Assembly: GCA_030704615.1 (NCBI GenBank)
Contig: CM060731.1
Location: 32,984,001 to 33,048,000, forward strand
Direction of reading: 5' to 3'
From: Takakia lepidozioides
Lineage: Eukaryota > Plantae > Bryophyta
DNA: 64,000 bases
How positions within the stretch are numbered: the first letter of the stretch is position 1; each line of letters opens with the position of its first letter. A program made the translations under genes and the position numbers. Below are positions 63,997 through 64,000 of this stretch, in pieces. Under the pieces are notes generated by a model. That model was not told where the DNA came from and searched no databases. It saw only the letters and a program-made list of their open reading frames with translations.

Positions 63997-64000
63997 GTAA

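Overview
Eukaryotic land-plant nuclear DNA. GT-AG introns, plant gene families, a DYW-PPR remnant and the TE types suggest a bryophyte-like early-diverging plant (inference). Ordinary host genes flank a ~39 kb transposon island (about 6.4-45.2 kb). Left genes: a peroxisomal hotdog-fold thioesterase and an RBR E3 ligase. Right genes: EXO70, an NAD(P)-binding Rossmann protein, a TolB/PD40-repeat protein and the 5' part of an RsmB/NusB methyltransferase. The island resolves into a nest with readable termini. A non-autonomous hAT (9888-45100; 16-bp perfect TIR, 8-bp TSD) contains a 32.8-kb Mutator-like element (10058-42863; ~340-380-bp TIRs, 9-bp TSD). That element contains a split Ty3/gypsy remnant, which contains a CACTA element, which contains an intact chromodomain LTR retrotransposon (13094-19995). 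The hAT also holds a Harbinger-like element with a captured PPR-DYW fragment and a 147-bp hairpin. Most notable: (i) the CACTA TnpA-like gene has an in-frame FCP1/NIF-type phosphatase domain; (ii) the Mutator-like element has a SWIM-family-like transposase N-terminus at one end and, facing it, an unknown zinc-finger accessory gene in dense CAGAC/AGTCTG motif arrays, a candidate sequence-specific anti-silencing module. Family assignments come from motif recognition by eye, not database searches.
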